Part shown: one piece after another, positions 59,632 to 64,000 of the stretch
Layout: every line of letters starts with the position of its first letter
Position numbering within the stretch: the first letter of the stretch is position 1
Origin: Eledone cirrhosa
Taxonomy: Eukaryota
Assembly (NCBI GenBank): GCA_964016885.1
Contig: OZ024741.1
Location: 270,630,001 to 270,694,000 of the forward strand
DNA length: 64,000 nt
Reading direction: 5' to 3'
Translations under genes and position numbers: made by a program
The notes under the pieces: generated by a model
What the model saw: the letters and a program-made list of their open reading frames with translations, nothing else
What the model was told of the DNA's origin: nothing
Database searches by the model: none

Positions 59632-59904
59632 TATATATATAATAATTTCTTTCTTTCACATTTCCCCATTCAGTTTTCCTCGTTCTTTAGTCGTTCTTTT
59701 TCTAACCCGACCACCATCACTTCATACATTCCTTCCTTTCTGCTCTACTACGATCTTTCTATCTTTCTATTTCATTTACTCTATCGAATTCTCTCTTATT
59801 TAGTTTTTTTTTTGTCTTACATTCCACCAATTTCGATACCCCGTCATCACTACTATTATATACACTCACATACACATACGCATATATGAATATGTATGTA
59901 ATTA

Positions 59905-60128
<224 letters not shown>

Positions 60129-60412
60129 TATATATATATATATACACATTCACACACATATATATATATATGCATATATATACACATACATGTATATATA
60201 CATATATACACACATATATATATTTACATGCACACACATATATATTTACATACACATACATACACACATACATACATACATATATATATATAAATATATG
60301 CATACATATATATATATACCAGGATAGATTCATTTTGAAACTGGTTACACCATTACTCACCAGAGTACTGGATATTTCGGGTAGTAGAGTATGATTATAT
60401 TATAAAGAGTCA

Positions 60413-60495
<83 letters not shown>

Positions 60496-62859
60496 TTAGT
60501 GTTAGGTAATTCCGAAGAAAAAGCAAAGGAAAAATATATATATATTTCACACACATACACAATCTCTGTATCTCTCTTTCACACACACTGTATTTCTCTG
60601 AAACACACTCTGTAACCCCCTCCCGCCCTACACACACTCATACCCACACATCGTACGTCCGTATCTCTCTCACACACTGTAGTTCTCACACACAATTTAT
60701 CTTTCTTTCTCTCATACACTTTATTTTTCTCTCTTTCACACTGTATCTCTCGCTCAGACACTTTATCTTTCTCTCTCTCACACACACACTTTATCTTTAT
60801 CTCTCTCACACTCTATCTTTCTTTCTCTCTCACACACACTTTATCTTTCTCTCTCTCACACACTCTCTATCTCTCACACACACACACTCTATCTTTCTCT
60901 CTCTCACACAATTTATCTTTATCTCTCTTTCCTATTTACTTTCTGTCTAAAACCAACTACCTTTCTTTTTTCTCTATCTTTATCTTTCTTTCTCTCTCTT
61001 TTTACCTCCCTATCCTTTTATCTCTCTCTCTTTTTTCTCCTCTTCTTTCTCTCCCCCTCTCCCCTCTCTTTATTACTTTCAAACAACTTTCTAATTACCC
61101 TACTCTTTCTACCTATATATTAATGTTTTTTTTTAAAACTTTACAACCACTTTCTGTTTTCTCTTTCATTTAAACTATCACACATGTGATAGATTAAATG
61201 AAAGAGATAGATTTTAAAACATGTTTCGAAGTCCCAGTCAATTACAGGAGTTCATATATTTCCCTTAGATCCGAATGGAATTTATAATACAAGCATTATA
61301 CAGCTTCTATTCAGTGAGTCACTCCGTGGACATTCCACCTGCTAGAAACAGCAGCTGAACCACACAACTAAAGGATAAATTACGAGATAGTGTGTAATCG
61401 GACATAGCCATGAAACAAGATAAATATTTAGATCGAGTCAGTCCTGATGGAGAGCAGGACACCATCACAGCTGACCCGCTACACACACACACACACAATA
61501 CATACACTCGTGATAAAACACGCACACTCATAATATAATACACGTACACACTCATAATATAACACACGCACATACACATGATAATACACATGCACACACA
61601 TAATACAACACACGTACACACATGATTATAACACACGTACACACACACAATACGTCACATGCACACATATATGATAGAACACACAATTCAACACACGCAC
61701 ATACACATAATACAATGCACGTATATACACACAATACAACAGGCACGCGGACACACGCCCACATACACATACGCACGCGCTCACATACACACACAATAGA
61801 ACGCATACATATGCACACGCGTACACACGTACAATGCAACACAGACTCTTTCTCTCTCTCACACACTTCCTCTATCTCCCCCTCCTCTCTTTCTCTCTCT
61901 CATCCCATTTTCTTTCCATCTATTTTTCTCTCTCTCGTCTTTCTAATGTCTAAGTCCCGCTCAAGTCCTTAACTTGTCTTTCTTTCTCACTATCTCTGAA
62001 TTTCTTTCTTTTTCTTTCTTTCACCTCTCCTCTCTTCTCTCTTAGTAATTCTTTTACATTTTCTATCACTTCACTCATTATAAAGGGTGAGTGGGGAAAG
62101 AATTTGAATGTGAGGAAATTATTGATACTCTGTATCGCCTAGACAAGCTTAAAAGGAAAGAAACCGATCGTTTGATTAGAGCAGAGAAACAACGTTTCGT
62201 TGTTGTTGTTATTTTGTTAATCTTTGATAATATCTGCCGGTTACAACTCCCGACAAAAGAAACAACCTGAAATATGTTGTGATCAAGAACAGAGTGTCCT
62301 GGAATCGAACTCACAACCTTACCATTGTGAATTGAACACCCGTAACTACTAGGCCACTTAAGGGAATCGTTAATAATCACACTCACACAAAATGAAAACA
62401 ACGAGGTAAGTTCTGATGTTCCAGGCCCTTTTTTCTACTGCAAATCGGTAGAGCGTCTGACAAATACAACTCCTGACAGAAGGAGCAACGTAAAATAAAA
62501 TGTTTTGATCCAGGAATCGAACTCATGATTCAAAAGAATGAGGTAAAATCTGATATTTAATTCCAGGTCCTTTCTACTGTAGCTTTCCTTTTCCTCTCAT
62601 TTATGACATTTATAGTACTTTCTAATACTGCTTTCTTTTTCTGTATGTTTAACTAATTTATATTTGTATCAACAAGAAGTTTGCATAATTAAAAGTTTAT
62701 AAAAGACATAAACGTATCTTTCGTCTGTCTTTCTTGTTCTACTTCAATTTTATTCATATTTCCATTAATTCTATGTCAAGCTTGTCTCAATTTTTAAAAT
62801 TACATTTTCAACACATCTCCCCTAAATTTTCCCTGTCCTCTTTCTTTCTTTTTTCTTTC

Positions 62860-63945
62860 CCTATTTCTGTCTCTTTCATTCACACACTTTCTCTATTTCT
62901 GCCTATTTCTTTCCAACGTTCTCTTTCGTGTATTGGCAAAGTCGGTAGAGCGTCAGACAAATGCAACTCCTGACAGAGGGAGCAACCTGAAATAAAATGT
63001 TTCGATCCAGGAATCGAACCCACGAACTTACAACTGTGAGTTAAACATCCGTAACCACAAGGCCACTTAAGGAGATTCGTTATAATCCCCCCCCCCCCCA
63101 CACCAAAAAAAAACAATGGGGTAAGTTCTGATATTTAGTTGCTGGCCCTACTGTAGCTTTCCTTACTCTTCCCACCCTTTTCCTCTCATTTATGGCATTT
63201 ATAGCACTTTCCAATACTGCTTTCTTTTTCTATATGTTTGACCAATGTATGTATTGTATGGTATGTTCCCGTAACTCCTGATAGTCGTAGGGGCGCCGTA
63301 TTGACATACATACATACATGGTCCCCTAACCTCTAAGGTAGCCATTGGGGTGCCGTATTGACGTACGGCATTTCTTGGACATATCAAGTCTGGCAGAACA
63401 CATCCCTCTCCATGTCTGAATACAGCAGATTTCTTCCAGAGAAAGATAGAAAGGAAGTGAGAAAGAGATATAGAGGGAAAATCCATCTCAGTACTAGACT
63501 GGAACGTTTTTCATCGACCTGGAAAGGATGAAAGGGAAAGTTGAACTCCAGAGAGCAGAGAACCGGAACGAATAACAAACAAAGTATTCTATCCGACGTT
63601 CTAACGACTGCCAATTCACCACCTGTGACCAATTTATAGTTATATCAACAATAGAAGTTTATAAAATTAACATCTAAATTTATCTTTCGTCTGTCTTTCT
63701 TGTTTTATACTTCCATTGTTTTGTTTTTGCGAATCTCCTTAAGTGACCTAGTGGTTACGGGTGTTTAACTCACAATTGTAAGTTCGCGAGTTCGACTCCT
63801 GGATCAAAACATTTTATTTCACCTTGCCCCTTCTGTTGGGAGTTGCATTTGTCTGTCGCTCTACCGACTTTGCCAATCCACGAAAGAGAACGTTGGAAAG
63901 AAAGAAAGAAAGAGACAGAAATAGAGAAAGACAGAATGAATGAAA
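62860..63945. repeat. Inverted duplication of a SINE-like segment
   Basis: 62860-63082 is the approximate reverse complement of 63730-63945. Further partial copies at 62230-62720. Confidence 0.7.
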
Positions 63946-64000
63946 GAAAGAGAAGATATTTAGATGACAGAGGGGGAAATAAGGGAGCTGTGTAGAAAAT

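Noticed and set aside
62088-62270. Charged, protein-like frame (EFECEEIIDTLYRLDKLKRKE) after a pyrimidine tract
   Set aside because: No recognisable domain or clear donor site, and it runs into a repeat. Needs RNA-seq or BLAST.

Overview
Repeat-saturated, AT-rich eukaryotic (animal) DNA with no convincing host protein-coding exon. The (TA)n/(CA)n density and the tRNA-derived SINE families resemble an octopus-like cephalopod genome (inference). Nearly all long ORFs in the track are microsatellite translations. Real coding remnants are transposon-derived: a Penelope-like element (RT + GIY-YIG, 17.07-19.19 kb) with partial copies, RTE, CR1, R4/Dong-like and CRE-like LINE fragments, a Helitron helicase fragment and a mariner fragment, plus MITEs, SINEs and minisatellites. 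The main signal found by reading is about 25 intact or degenerate type I hammerhead-ribozyme motifs (CUGANGA...GAAA-palindrome-UH) from more than 10 sequence families. Most sit in short non-coding units embedded in (TA)n tracts and often occur as fold-back pairs. Two divergent families share a spacing-conserved octamer + palindromic TATA + TGGCAGG + hammerhead + twin 3' hairpin architecture, suggesting a self-promoting, self-cleaving non-autonomous retroelement (retrozyme-like). Some hammerheads carry the U3-A8 core variant. All folds were paired by eye and boundaries are approximate.
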